A DNA stretch of 63,907 bases, the filler included, from Chrysochromulina tobinii (Eukaryota): NCBI GenBank assembly GCA_001275005.1. It is 11 parts of 11 records of this genome, joined end to end, with 100 filler letters (N's around TTAATTAATTAA, not from the genome) between each part and the next. Parts side by side here need not be neighbours in the genome. Positions count along the whole stretch, not along the records: positions 6,974 to 17,034 come from JWZX01000994.1; positions 17,135 to 23,218 come from JWZX01000995.1; 9 more parts are not named here. One strand, written 5' to 3'. The notes below the pieces were generated by a model. That model was not told where the DNA came from, searched no databases, and worked only from the letters and a program-made list of their open reading frames with translations. This document shows positions 8,595-19,617 of the stretch, in pieces. How positions within the stretch are numbered: the first letter of the stretch is position 1; each line of letters opens with the position of its first letter. Made by a program: the position numbers and the translations under genes.

Positions 8595-11348
8595 ATGTCA
8601 ATGAATGAAATGATCCAACGCTTGCAGGGCACGCGCCGATCGCACTGGTGCGCGCCTCCCGCCGCTCCCATGACCGCCGGTCCGCTCGCCGCCACGTACA
8701 AGCTCAACGAGTTATACATGCAGTGGTTTGCCCAGGACGAGGTCGCGGAGCTCGCGGCCGACGTGCTCTCGAGTGCCGCCACGCTCGCGGGCAGCCCTGC
8801 CGCGTGCACGTTGCCGGTGATGATGGGCACACCACCATCTCCGCCGACGATCACCGGCGCGCGCAAGGACAGCCCGCAGCATATCGCCTGCAGTAGCCCG
8901 GCGCACCACGTTGGCGCGGCCGTCCTGGCCGATGCGTGGCTGGCCCCGCCAGCGGCGGCCTCCGTAGAGCAGCAGGGGCCAGCGGTGGCCTCCGTAGTGC
9001 AGCAGCAGCAGCAGCAGCAGCAAGATCAGCCCATGCTGGGCGTCATCCCGTCCCCCAACGCGATGCCCGATAGGCCCGCTACGCCCGAGCTCCTCGACTC
9101 GCCGGCCGCCTCGCCCGTGGGTGCGACGCCCAAGCGCTCGCTCATGCCGACTAGGTGTTCGGGCCTTCAGGACCTCACGCCGCCGTCGCAGAAGCGCGCC
9201 AACAACGCGATCTCGGTGAGCCCCGTCGCGAGCCCCACTTGCAGCCCGGCTTGCAGCCCGACTTGTAGCCCCACGTGCAGCCCGAGCGGCCGGCGTTCCC
9301 AGGCGCCACCGAAGCGTCCCGCCATGATGGGCGAGCGCCACGCAGGAGGCGCTTGCGCTGCGCTGCCGGCAAGTGCGCTGCCGGCCGGTGCGCTGCCGCC
9401 GCTGCCGCTCGCCCCCTCGCAGCTCTCGCCGCCCAAGCCGTCCCCGCCGCCCGCGGCGCCGCCCGTGCCGCGCTTCTACGTGCGTGCGGACGCAGCGGAG
9501 AGCCTCACGGCGGCGCAGCATGAGATGCGTTTGATGCAGACGCTGCTCGGCTCGACGGGGCTGCATGATGGCTCAGTGCTCGAGCTGGCGACGCTTGCGC
9601 GGCTGCTGCCGCAGCTGCCGGGCGGCGGCGTGCCCCCCTACCTCGCGCGCTGCGTGTGGCGCCACGCCGCATCCATCGAGCTCGGCGACATTGCAGCCGA
9701 GGCGGCGCTCACTGCGTTGCACGAGGACGCCCACGAGGACGCGTTGCACGAGGACGAGGACGGCGACGGCGCCGATACGGCGCGCACCATCGTCGTCGAT
9801 GACGACGACGACGAGCGTGCCGAGGGTGTTCACAGTGCCGCGCCGTTCACAGTGGACGAGCGTGCCGAGGCCGCGGGCCGACGCCTCGTCGCCAAGGGCC
9901 TGAGAGTGGGTGCTTTCCGACGCTTCTTCAACGCCCAGCTTGCCGGCTCGGGTGCCGACGAGCGGCTGCTGCGTTGCCTGTGCGGCGGGGCCAACGCCGA
10001 GCTGACGGCGGCCACGTGCCGGCCGCTCGTGTCGGAGGTGGTGCGCCAGCACCCGTCGCTCCCCTTCCTCGCGGCCGACGTCGTCTACCGCACGCACTAT
10101 GAGGCCACCGTGGTGCACCGGATCCTCTTCAGCCTGGATCCTCTGCGTACCGGCCGCGTGAGCGCCGCGACGCTGCGCCGCACAGGCGCGCCTCTCTGGG
10201 GGGCGTTGCGCGCCCTCTCTGGTGAGGGTGCGGCGTCCGACGACATCAACTGCGAGCGCCGCTTCTTCTCGTACGAGCACTTTTACGTCATCTTCTGCAA
10301 GTTCTGCGAGCTCGACGCCGATGGCGACTTCGAGCTGTCGCTCGAGGAGCTGCACCGGTACGGCGGGTACGCACTCTCGACGCGCGCGATCGGGCGCGTG
10401 TTCGTCGAGCTTGCCGGCTCGCCGCGCGAGGCGATCGAGGCGCCCAACGGCGGGATCTCGTACGGCGCCTTCGTCTACTTCCTCTTGTGCGAGGAGGATA
10501 AGGCCTCAGCGACCGCTCGCTCGTTCTGGTTCCGCGTGCTCGACGTGGACGCGGACGGCGTGCTGTCGGCGGACGACCTGCGTCACTTTTACGACGAGCA
10601 AGCGGCGCGGCTCACGAGCCTGGGGCACGAGCCCACCGATTTCGGGCACGTGCTCTGCCAGCTCACCGATGCGCTCAACCCGCGGCTCGCGCGCGCCGCG
10701 GCGAGTGCGGGCGGCGGGCGCGGGCGCGTGACGCGCGGTGGGATCACTCCGGGCGACCTGCGTCGTAGCCAGATGACCGCGTTGCTCGTGCACACGCTGT
10801 GTAACTTGACCGGCTTCCTACGGCAGGAGACACACGACGCGGGCGCGCTGCGAGAGAAGCTCGAAAGCCCGCACATGAGCGACTTTGACCGGTGGGCCGC
10901 GCGCGAGTATGCGACGCTCTCGATGGACGAAGACGAAGCTGACGAAGCTGACGAAGCTGAGGAGCCACTCGGCCCTCTCTCGCGCGCGTACGCGGTGGAT
11001 GCGAGTGACTTTGCGGAGGATGAGGAGGCGGAGATGGTCGACGACGAGGACGAGGACGACGAGGACGAGTACGATCGTATACTCCGGATGGGCGGCTCCT
11101 CGAGGTTTCGTCAGGACGGCTGCACCGGGTTTCGTCAGGACGAGGACGAGGACGGCGAGTGGCTCGAGGATGCCGATGGCGACGTGGCGATGCTGGTGCC
11201 GCCCATGAGCGGAACTGGCAGCGGCTTTGGCGTGAGCAACGCCGCCTGCGGATTCGGTGGCCGAGGGGGCAGCTTTGGGCTGGTACGCGCCGCGTGCGCA
11301 AATCCCGCCCTCCTTTCAGGGAGTGATGCTTGCGAGGCGCCGTTCTGA
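8595..11348 (+). CDS. Protein phosphatase 2A regulatory subunit B'' (EF-hand, PR72-like)
   Basis: FFSYEHFYVIFCKFCELDADGD, FVYFLLCEEDK and FWFRVLDVDADGVLS motifs; the exact start is uncertain. Confidence 0.9.
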   Translation: MSMNEMIQRLQGTRRSHWCAPPAAPMTAGPLAATYKLNELYMQWFAQDEVAELAADVLSSAATLAGSPAACTLPVMMGTPPSPPTITGARKDSPQHIACSSPAHHVGAAVLADAWLAPPAAASVEQQGPAVASVVQQQQQQQQDQPMLGVIPSPNAMPDRPATPELLDSPAASPVGATPKRSLMPTRCSGLQDLTPPSQKRANNAISVSPVASPTCSPACSPTCSPTCSPSGRRSQAPPKRPAMMGERHAGGACAALPASALPAGALPPLPLAPSQLSPPKPSPPPAAPPVPRFYVRADAAESLTAAQHEMRLMQTLLGSTGLHDGSVLELATLARLLPQLPGGGVPPYLARCVWRHAASIELGDIAAEAALTALHEDAHEDALHEDEDGDGADTARTIVVDDDDDERAEGVHSAAPFTVDERAEAAGRRLVAKGLRVGAFRRFFNAQLAGSGADERLLRCLCGGANAELTAATCRPLVSEVVRQHPSLPFLAADVVYRTHYEATVVHRILFSLDPLRTGRVSAATLRRTGAPLWGALRALSGEGAASDDINCERRFFSYEHFYVIFCKFCELDADGDFELSLEELHRYGGYALSTRAIGRVFVELAGSPREAIEAPNGGISYGAFVYFLLCEEDKASATARSFWFRVLDVDADGVLSADDLRHFYDEQAARLTSLGHEPTDFGHVLCQLTDALNPRLARAAASAGGGRGRVTRGGITPGDLRRSQMTALLVHTLCNLTGFLRQETHDAGALREKLESPHMSDFDRWAAREYATLSMDEDEADEADEAEEPLGPLSRAYAVDASDFAEDEEAEMVDDEDEDDEDEYDRILRMGGSSRFRQDGCTGFRQDEDEDGEWLEDADGDVAMLVPPMSGTGSGFGVSNAACGFGGRGGSFGLVRAACANPALLSGSDACEAPF

Positions 11349-11931
11349 GCGGCCGGGCGCCGAGGCTGGGCGAGGGCCGGGGGGGGGCGTTCTGAGCGGC
11401 CGCTGCTGGCGGGGTCGAGATCGAGGCGAGATCCGACGGTCGACCGACGTGGTCGAGGCTACTTTCGCAGGTCGAGTTGCATGCACACAGGTCGAGTTGC
11501 ATGCACACAAGTCGAGATGCATGCACGCATGGCAAGGGCGGGGCGAGCAGTAACGGAACAAGGAGAGCTGAGAGGTGCGTCAGAGCAGCATAGGCGAGCA
11601 GCTGCGGACGCACCGCGTTACGACGAGACACATGTAGAGTACCGCCGAACGTTACGTCTAGGACGCGAACATGTCCTAAAAGTGTCGAGTACCGAGTCTT
11701 CAGTCTAGCGTAGGTCAGTCTACCGTTTCTGTACTTAACGTAAAACATAAACTTTTGGATAAACGACTCTCCGTAGGTCGCGCCGGAGATCGCGGGGGGG
11801 GGCCGCTCCTCGGCGGTCGCGACGCGGGACCCGGCTCCCGGGCGGCGCGGGGCCGCCCGACGCCCGCGGTGCCGCGGACCGTATATAGCGTATTCCCGGC
11901 GTCCGGTAAGGACGTCTTCATGCATGCACTT

Positions 11932-13604
11932 TCAATAAAACCCCAGCAACTGTGCCGCACTGACCTCCTCCTCTTCTACAAGCGAATCATGCCGCCCCAG
12001 TTCCATCCCCCCCATGCTGCCTATGTGGCCGTGTGCCACGCTTGGCATCCTAGGACTGCTCTGCCCCCGAAGCTCGTTGTTGAGGCCGCCATCGTCGTCG
12101 TCGCGCCTTGTCGAAGGTGCCCGCGGCTCGTCGGCGATCGCAGGCACCCCGCCAATGAGCCATTCGGCCCACCGCCCCGCCGTCGTGCGCAGAGTAGAAG
12201 GCTGCGCTGGCGCTGGCGCAGCGGACGCGTATCGGCCTGGCCCCAACTGGCCCTCCTCCTCCTCGTCGTCGTCGTCCTTCTCCTCTCTGGGGAGGCGAGG
12301 GTCGCCCTGCATCGAGCGCGCGCTGTCGGCCGCTCCAGACGGCCACGCTGTCTCGGGCTCCGACACTCGCGCTGTCATCTCGATGAACTTCACAGCCGCG
12401 CGTACGTGCGTGAAGTAGCAGCCCGAGACGCCGCGCAGCTTGTCGGGGTGGCGAAAGCGCGAGATGAAGCTGAGCTCCGAGCAGAGGCGCGCTGGTGTAC
12501 CTGATGAGGGGTGCAATCAGAGGGTCATCAGTGGTCATCAGTGGTCATCAGTGGTCATCAGTGGGAGCAGGGGCGCGCTGGCGTACAGTGGAGCACCACC
12601 CACAACAGGACCGGGAAGAACTCATCCGCACCAATAGTCACGTCTAAGGCCTCCGAACCGGCCTTCTCGTCCGCGTCTTCGCTGCCCATGTCGCCACCCT
12701 CCTCCGAAGCAGCCGCCCCATGGTCAGAGGCGCCATTTGTGGCCGGTGCTAATGAAGCCTTAGGTATGGCCTCCGCCACGTGCAGCCGCTTGAACGAATG
12801 CACAGCCGCCTCGTCTGCTGGCCGTTGTGAGTCAGACGACAGGTCGTCTCTCTTCAACAGCTCCCGGCCTTGCCTAATTTGGATCTCGCGAACTTGCCTA
12901 ATTTGGAGCTCCCGGGCTTGGCGCCGCTGTGTCGCGTCTGCGCGCTTCCTCTCGGCGATGGAGGCCTTCTTCTCGGCGACGCCGAGCGTGTGCAAGCGGC
13001 GCTCGATCAGCCGGCACGCGTTGACGATCAGCGCCAACTTGTCGGCGGGCGCACGATGACGGCTAATCCGGTGGAGCATCACCGATGACGCGGTCCACGC
13101 GCCACCATCGCAAAAGACGGGCGACACGCCGAGCCGATCATGCGTCAGCGTGTCTCGTGCGATCGCTAGGTTTGCTTCAAACTCCGTCTCTGCGGACTCG
13201 TCACCCTCGCCGAGCCCAAAGACGGTCGGGTAGAGCCGCGTCGTTACCAGCTTCTCCAGTGCGTCACGCACTCGCTCAAATTGGCGGGCATCACTCGTGA
13301 CGGCCTCCGCTTCGGCGTCGAGCAATGAGTGCATCCGGACGTGCACACGAGGATCGGCGGCCGATGCGGTGGCGATGAAGCTGCGAACCGAGTCGAAGGC
13401 CGAAGGACGCAATAGCCTGACGGCGTCCAATATTTGCCGAGTGTCGCCGGTCGAGAGTGCTGCCCAGCAATGGGACTGTGTCTTCAGCCGAGCAGCGGCG
13501 CGAGCCGCGTGCGCCTGAGCTGCTTTCACAGCAGCTTCGACGCCAGCCGCGACGGCTGGATCAACGCGACGACTGGGAGTGCCGCCGTCGGAAGAGCTCG
13601 CCAT
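11932..13604 (-). CDS. VPS9-domain Rab GEF; exons 13604-12587 and 12500-11932
   Basis: APADKLALIVNAC, GADEFFPVLLWVVL and FISRFR...GCYFTHVRAAVKFI motifs; an 86-nt GT-AG intron (12501-12586) joins the two ORFs in phase. Confidence 0.88.
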
Positions 13605-13644
13605 CGAAGCGCGTCGTCCTGAACGGATTGTCCGCTTGCTCGTT

Positions 13645-13740
13645 GTGTTGAACAGCAGGGACGCGCTTCGCTCGTATGTGTTGAACAGCACATACGCGCT
13701 TCGCTCGTATGTGTTGAACAGCACATACGCGCTTCGCTCG
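13645..13740. repeat. 33-bp tandem repeat, about 3 copies
   Basis: tgtgttgaacagcacatacgcgcttcgctcgta units just upstream of the VPS9 ATG. Confidence 0.9.
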
Positions 13741-13971
13741 TTTCAACATATGTTCCAAATTCGAGAATCCCTACATTAATTACCGGCGGCGGGAGCGCGG
13801 GGAGCCTTTGAGCACTCTGCGAGCATTCTGCCCGTCCGTGCCCAGTGCAGCAATAAACCTGGCAATAATAGCCAGAGTCGCCGCCCCCGAGAGCGGAGTT
13901 CGGAATGCAACTTTGTGCGGGGTCCTTTGGAGTCCACGGATTGCACCGCACGTGCCCGTGTCGGCGACTCA

Positions 13972-14667
13972 TCAGAAGAGGATCGTGAGGCTCAGCCGTT
14001 GGGTGCGCATCTCGGAAGTAATCTCGGAAGCTTCGAGCGGCTGGCCGAGGCGCGGGTCGTCGGCAGCAGGATCCATCGCGTCGTTATGCTCCTCGAGCTT
14101 AAAGCGCAGCCCCATGCTCCGAAGGGTCTGGAGGATATCGCGCAGCAGGTGTTCGGTGCCCGACGGCAACGAACCCCACCCAAATCGCTGCACGTACTCC
14201 GACACGCACCCTCGGAGAGGTAAACCCTGCAGGACTCCTCTGTCGGCATCCAAATTAGGCAAGCCTTGCAGGGCTCCTTCGAGAGGCGCGGCGGCCGCTG
14301 GGAAGCCGGGTGCGCCCACGACGGCGCCCGGTGCCGAGGGGAGGCTCGTGTCCCGGGGCGGCGGCGGTGGCATCGCCTCTCGAAGCAGCGCCTCCCTCGC
14401 CAGATCCGCAGGCATAGGTTCCTTGAGCATCGCCTCGAACGCGCTCGGTACGACGCCCGACGCCTCGGGCCCCGCTTCCCCACAACGGCCGACGCTCGGT
14501 ACGACGCTTGGCGCGCCTGCGCCCCCCGTGACGCCCGGTACGACGCCGCTGCTGCCGCTGCCGCCGCTGCCGCCGCCACCGCTGCGGTCCGAGGCAGTGG
14601 TTACGCTCACATCCGCCGCTCTCGTCGCCCCCTCGGCGGTACCAGCACGAGCCGCGCTGGCACCGCA

Positions 14668-14701
<34 letters not shown>

Positions 14702-16740
14702 GCGGCGGGTTGCCCACTCGAGGCACCGATGTCTGCCGCCGCTACCCCGCTCTCGCCCACCACGGCGCCCACCTCGCTCACGCCCACACGCATGCGCTTT
14801 GCGTCGGCGTCGCCGCCGCTCGGCGTTTCCTGCGCGCTCCTGCTGCTGCTGCTGCTACTACTGCAGCAGCCGCAGCCGCCACAGCTGCTGGCGGCGCCCA
14901 TCACGGCGCCGGCGCTCGCGCTCGCGCCGCTCGGGGCTGCTGATGACGAGGCTAATTGGCGCATCTGCTCCTGGGGGGCTCGCATGGTGATGGTCCAAGA
15001 TCGCGACTCTGTGTCGGCGGCAGGCCGGACGCGGCCCAGGTACTCCATCGGCTGCGTCGGCTGGCCGCTGCAGAGCCACTCCGACTGCAGAGCCTCTGCC
15101 GGCGTGATGCGCTGCGCTGGGTCAGGGTGGAGTAGTTGTCCTAAAAGCTGGGTCACTTGTGGGGATAGGTGCTCAGGGCACATGACCCCCACGCCATGTG
15201 TGAGCACGGCGGCGTAGCGCTTGCATTTGGAGGCGGCGGCGCACGTGAATGGCAGCGTGCCCGAGAGCATCGAGAAGAGGATCACACCCAGACTCCACAT
15301 GTCGGCACGCGCGGCATCGTAGCCCATCGCCGCGGTGGATGTGAGGACTTCTGGCGCCGCGTACATGACCGAGCCTACCTTGGTGTGCTGCAGGTAACCA
15401 CCCGCGTCGCCCGCAACGTGCCGGTACACTGCCGCAAGTCCGAAGTCGGCCACCTTGACGTTGTCATCCGCGTCGAGCAGGATGTTCTCCGGCTTGAGGT
15501 CGCGGTGGTAGACGCGATTCTCGTGGCAGTGCGCGAGGGCGTGCAGCGTCTGAGCAAAGTAACGCCTCGCCTCGTCTTCGGCGAGGCCACCGCACTCGGC
15601 AATGCGATCGAAGAGCTCGCCGCCTTGGCAGAGTTCCATGACCATGTACACCCGCTCGGCGTGCATGTCTACCTGCACGCCGAGCAGCTGCACGATGTGC
15701 GGATGATTCACACGCGTCAGCGCGATCACCTCCTTGCACGCGGAGCGCGATCACCTCCTTGCACGCGGAGCGCACCACGGACGTCGGCGAGATCTTGACT
15801 GCCACGTCTGCGGCACGGGAAAGGAAAAGGGGGGCAGAGGCTCAGTGCAAGGCGAGCGCACGTTGACAAAGCGGTGGGTGCGCTGGGGCCGGCGGCCGCG
15901 CTCGTGGCAGCGACGGCGTCAGCGTCAGCGTCAGCGGCTGCGGCTGCCCGCGCCCGATGACAGCAGCGATCGCCGCCGCCGCGCCCACGGCAGCGCCACC
16001 GCCATCATGTTTCTGCCCCCGCAACGCCTGTCGCATGGTGCGGCACTCGCGGGAACCGACGCTCACGATGGCAGTGCGGCGGCATGACCGCCTCAGCGCG
16101 ACGCCTGCCTCGCGGCTCTCGTGTGTTGAGCCTGCGGCTGCGGCTGCGGCTGCTGCTGCGGCTGCGGCTGCGGCCGAGTTTGATGGCCGGACCGCTGCGG
16201 CACGGCACGTTCGAGCGCGGACGGCAGCGCACATTCCAAGGTCTGCACATGCTGCGCTATTCGCACGATCCCGTGAGCACCTGAGCCAAGCAACCTGCGC
16301 ACGACGAAAGATTCATCAGTCCACGAGCGCAATCACCTGATGTGCTGCGCAATCACCGGCACTCAGCACCCGGCAGGCGCGCATGCTCGGCTCGGCAGCC
16401 CCGCGCTGCACGCAGCCGCGTCTCAGACATTCGTAGGATGGCGCTGCCGGCAGCGCGCAGGCAGCAGCGCCGCCAGAGGAGCGTCCGGTCTGACACAGTG
16501 CTGCGCCTCCTCGGCACGCTAATTGCCTACGCCGCTGCCGCCTCTGCAGCCACAGCGAGGCTAATCTGCGGCGTCAGCGCACCCAATCTCAGATCCATCG
16601 ATCCGATACTTGCCATCTGGGGTGTAAAACTGCCTACTGTTGGGGTTGTTTTGCACTGAGCAGCTGCAATGACCTCCACTCCCACTGCCTGAGCTGCTCG
16701 CAGCTCCGCCAGCGTCGTAGGCGTATCCTGACGAGGCCAT
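13972..16740 (-). CDS. CAMK/SNF1(CIPK)-like Ser/Thr kinase; exons 16740-16583, 16294-16233, 15807-15755, 15729-13972
   Basis: Splicing gives YRIDGSEIGLLGSGAHGIVRIAQHVQTLEYVAVKISPTSVVRSACKEVIALTRVNHPHIV...HRDLKPEN...DFG...YAAPE; introns 1 and 2 are GTGCGC...CAG and in phase; further introns in the tail are possible. Confidence 0.88.
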
Positions 16741-17290
16741 CGTAGCAGCAGGCACCCGCAGCGTCCTCTGGCCCTTCTCCAGCCGCCGGCTCGCCGATCC
16801 GGAGCTCGACGGAGGACCACCGCTGCCGGGCTTCGGCGAGACAAGCTTCTACAGGCGATGGTGTAGAAAGGACAAGCCCAGCTGCAGGCGTAAATTATTT
16901 TGTTCAGGAAGGAGAATAGTTTGAGATGCTCATTCCATAATTCCGAGGCAGTGTGTGAATCAAGGGTCGTGAATGTTTTAGACATCTTACGTTTGAATAG
17001 AGTGTTCGTATTCTTTGAATAGGGGGTGTGAAAANNNNNNNNNNNNNNNNNNNNNNNNNNNNNNNNNNNNNNNNNNNNTTAATTAATTAANNNNNNNNNN
17101 NNNNNNNNNNNNNNNNNNNNNNNNNNNNNNNNNNGGGCTTCGCCGCCAGCTCGGAACCACGTAGAAGCGCTCCAGCGTTACGAAGTTCGCGCGCCGGCCC
17201 TTCTGAACATTGGCGCCAGCAATATATAGCGAATCCTTAGGGAACATATATAGAGGGAACATATAACCGTTGCATATGCTACCGTTAATG

Positions 17291-17649
17291 CTACCGAGAT
17301 CCAAGGCGCTTACATGATTTGGAACAGTACCAGCTATCTTCGCCAGTTATTAGAGTGGAGTTTTCCGCGCCGGCCTCGGTGCACATGAAGAGGGAGGAAT
17401 GGACCAAATGCCCGCAGCCAGTGCATTCATGTCGGTAGTCACTCATCGCTGGCAAGCCGCATGCACCACAGTCTTCTGGGCCGATAAGCGTATGGGCACT
17501 GGCTGCGGATCGCTTTTTGCTGGCTGATGCTTTCCCCTTCGCCGGCGCAGGTACCGCTTCACCTGCCGCCCTGCCTGCCGCGCGGCCGACACCTGCTGCA
17601 TGGGGCGCCGCCTCAGCTGACGCGCCGCCCTGCCCGCGTTTGGCCGTGG

Positions 17650-17680
<31 letters not shown>

Positions 17681-18581
17681 GCGCCCTAGAGATCCATATG
17701 AGGATGCTGGCTGGCTAGCAGGAAGGGAATCACGACTGGGAAGGTTGCTTCCATCTGGTGCTGCTGTCCGAAGAGGGCGTTTCCCGGCCGCTGTACCGAT
17801 ATCGTCCGCCACTCCGCCGTCCGATTCCGAACCGGATGGTATGTAAGACCGATCCGAATCCGGATCCGAGTGATGGCGTCTGAACGCCGCTCCCGAGCTC
17901 GAAGAAGTCGCGGCTGCTGCTGCTGCTGCTGACTTGCCCCGCTGGCGCTGTCGGTAGCCTTGGCCGTGATCCCGCGCCCGCCTCTAGCGCCGCCTCTCTC
18001 TCTTTGATGTAGTTCTGCAACTTATGCATCATCGTGGCATGCTCGCTCTTTAATAGAGCTGCGCGAGCCTCTGCGGTGGCCAGTTTGGCCGTTGCATCTG
18101 CTCTGGCTTCGGCCTCCGTGGCTTTGGCGTCTGCATACCCCTCGAGATACCCGGCTGCATATCCGGCTGTATACCCTGCATCTGGACACTCTGGATCATC
18201 GTCATCATCGAAGCCCGGGACGTCATCTACGTCCTCCAGAGTTTCATCCTGCAGCTCAGCAGCAGCCTTCTGCCTTGCTGCAGCGTGCTGCCCAGCTGGG
18301 TGAGCACCAGCTTGGGCTCGGGCAGTATCCTCACGTGCAGCCCGTCTCGCTTCGATCTGCTGCCTTGCTGCTGCCTGCTGCTCAGCTGCTGCCTGCTGCG
18401 CAGCTGCTGCCTGCTGCGCAGCTGCTTGTGCTCCTGCATCGCGGCCATCCACTAGAGCAGCATTTGCTAGAGCAGGCTCCACATCTGGAGCTGGGTGAGC
18501 ACCAGCTTGGGCTCGGGCAGTAGCCTCACGTGCAGCCCGTCTCGCTTCGATCTGCGCGAAGCGCTCCGTTGCAGTCAGCAT
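17291..18581 (-). pseudogene. Ala/Gln-rich coiled-coil protein with C-terminal Cys/His zinc finger; apparent frameshift near 17940-17985
   Basis: ORF 18581-17730 (internal duplication QIEARRAARE.TARAQAGAHPA) overlaps a second frame that ends CGACG...HECTGCGHLVH...C...WYCSKSC; these could be two genes. Confidence 0.45.
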
Positions 18582-18659
18582 TGCGTCGCGAGGAAACTCA
18601 CCAACACGGCGCAATTTTACTTGTTTCAGAAATCATCGGTATGACACAACATTCTCATA

Positions 18660-19495
18660 CGAGTCAACTTGATTCAACTTGCTAGTAAAATCGATATATA
18701 TAGTTCGAGTCGACTCACGAGTCAACTCGCAATATATAGTCCGAGTCAACTCGCGAGTCAACTCGATATATAGTCCGAGTCAACTCGATTATCCGAGTCA
18801 ACTCGCGAGTCAACTCGATTATATATAGTCCGAGTTGACTCGCGAGTCAACTCGATATATAGTCCGAGTCAACTCGATTGTATATAGAGTCCGAGTCAAC
18901 TCGCGAGTCAACTCGATTATATATAGTCCGAGTCAACTCGCGAGTCAACTCAATAGTCCGAGTCAACTCGATTATATATAGTCCGAGTCAACTCGCGAGT
19001 CAACTCGATATATAGTCCGAGTCAACTCGCGAGTCAACTCGATATAGAGTCCGAGTCAACTCGATATAGGTCCGAGTCAACTCGCGAGTCAACTCAATAT
19101 ATAGTCCGAGTCAACTCGATTATATATAGTCCGAGTCAACTCGCGAGTCAACTCGCGAGTCAACTCGATATATAAGTCCGAGTCAACTCGATATATAACT
19201 CGCGAGTCAACTCGCGAGTCAACTCAACTCGATTATATATAGTCCGAGTCAACTCGATTATATATAGTCCGAGTCAACTCGATTTAGTCCGAGTCAACTC
19301 GCGAGTCAACTCGATATATAATAAATCCGAGTCAACTCGATTTCCGAGTCAACTCGCGAGTCAACTCGCGGGTCAACTCAATATATAGTCCGAGTCAACT
19401 CGATTATATATAGTCCGAGTCAACTCAATTAGTCCGAGTCAACTCAATCTCATTTTTTCGAGTCAACTCAAACTCAATTTATCGAGTCAACTCAA
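18660..19495 (+). repeat. Array of palindromic CGAGT-CA-ACTCG units with TATATA spacers (about 39 GAGTCAACTC by hand count)
   Basis: Units of tccgagtcaactcg(cgagtcaactcg)attatatatag with irregular spacing. Confidence 0.97.
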
Positions 19496-19617
19496 TCTGT
19501 GTGTCTATTAACACACACACACCTATGTCTCGATTGCCTTGCCTTGCCATGAATTGATTGGACTCGACGCCAAAGTGAGTTGACTCGCGAGTTGACTCGG
19601 TCCAATCGTTGCGAATC

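Noticed and set aside
11458..11530. 20-bp repeats (gtcgagttgcatgcacaca), and similar short repeats at 30645-30680, 41128-41155 and 43575-43615
   Set aside because: Ordinary mini- and microsatellites in UTR or intergenic DNA with no further structure
13808..15217. 469-aa plus-strand ORF, and similar long antisense ORFs such as 52794-54302 and 10744-11925
   Set aside because: Shadow ORFs opposite real genes, expected in high-GC DNA
18660..19495. Possible CRISPR array
   Set aside because: Spacers are short, mutually similar TATA tracts rather than unique 25-45 nt sequences; no cas genes; eukaryotic context
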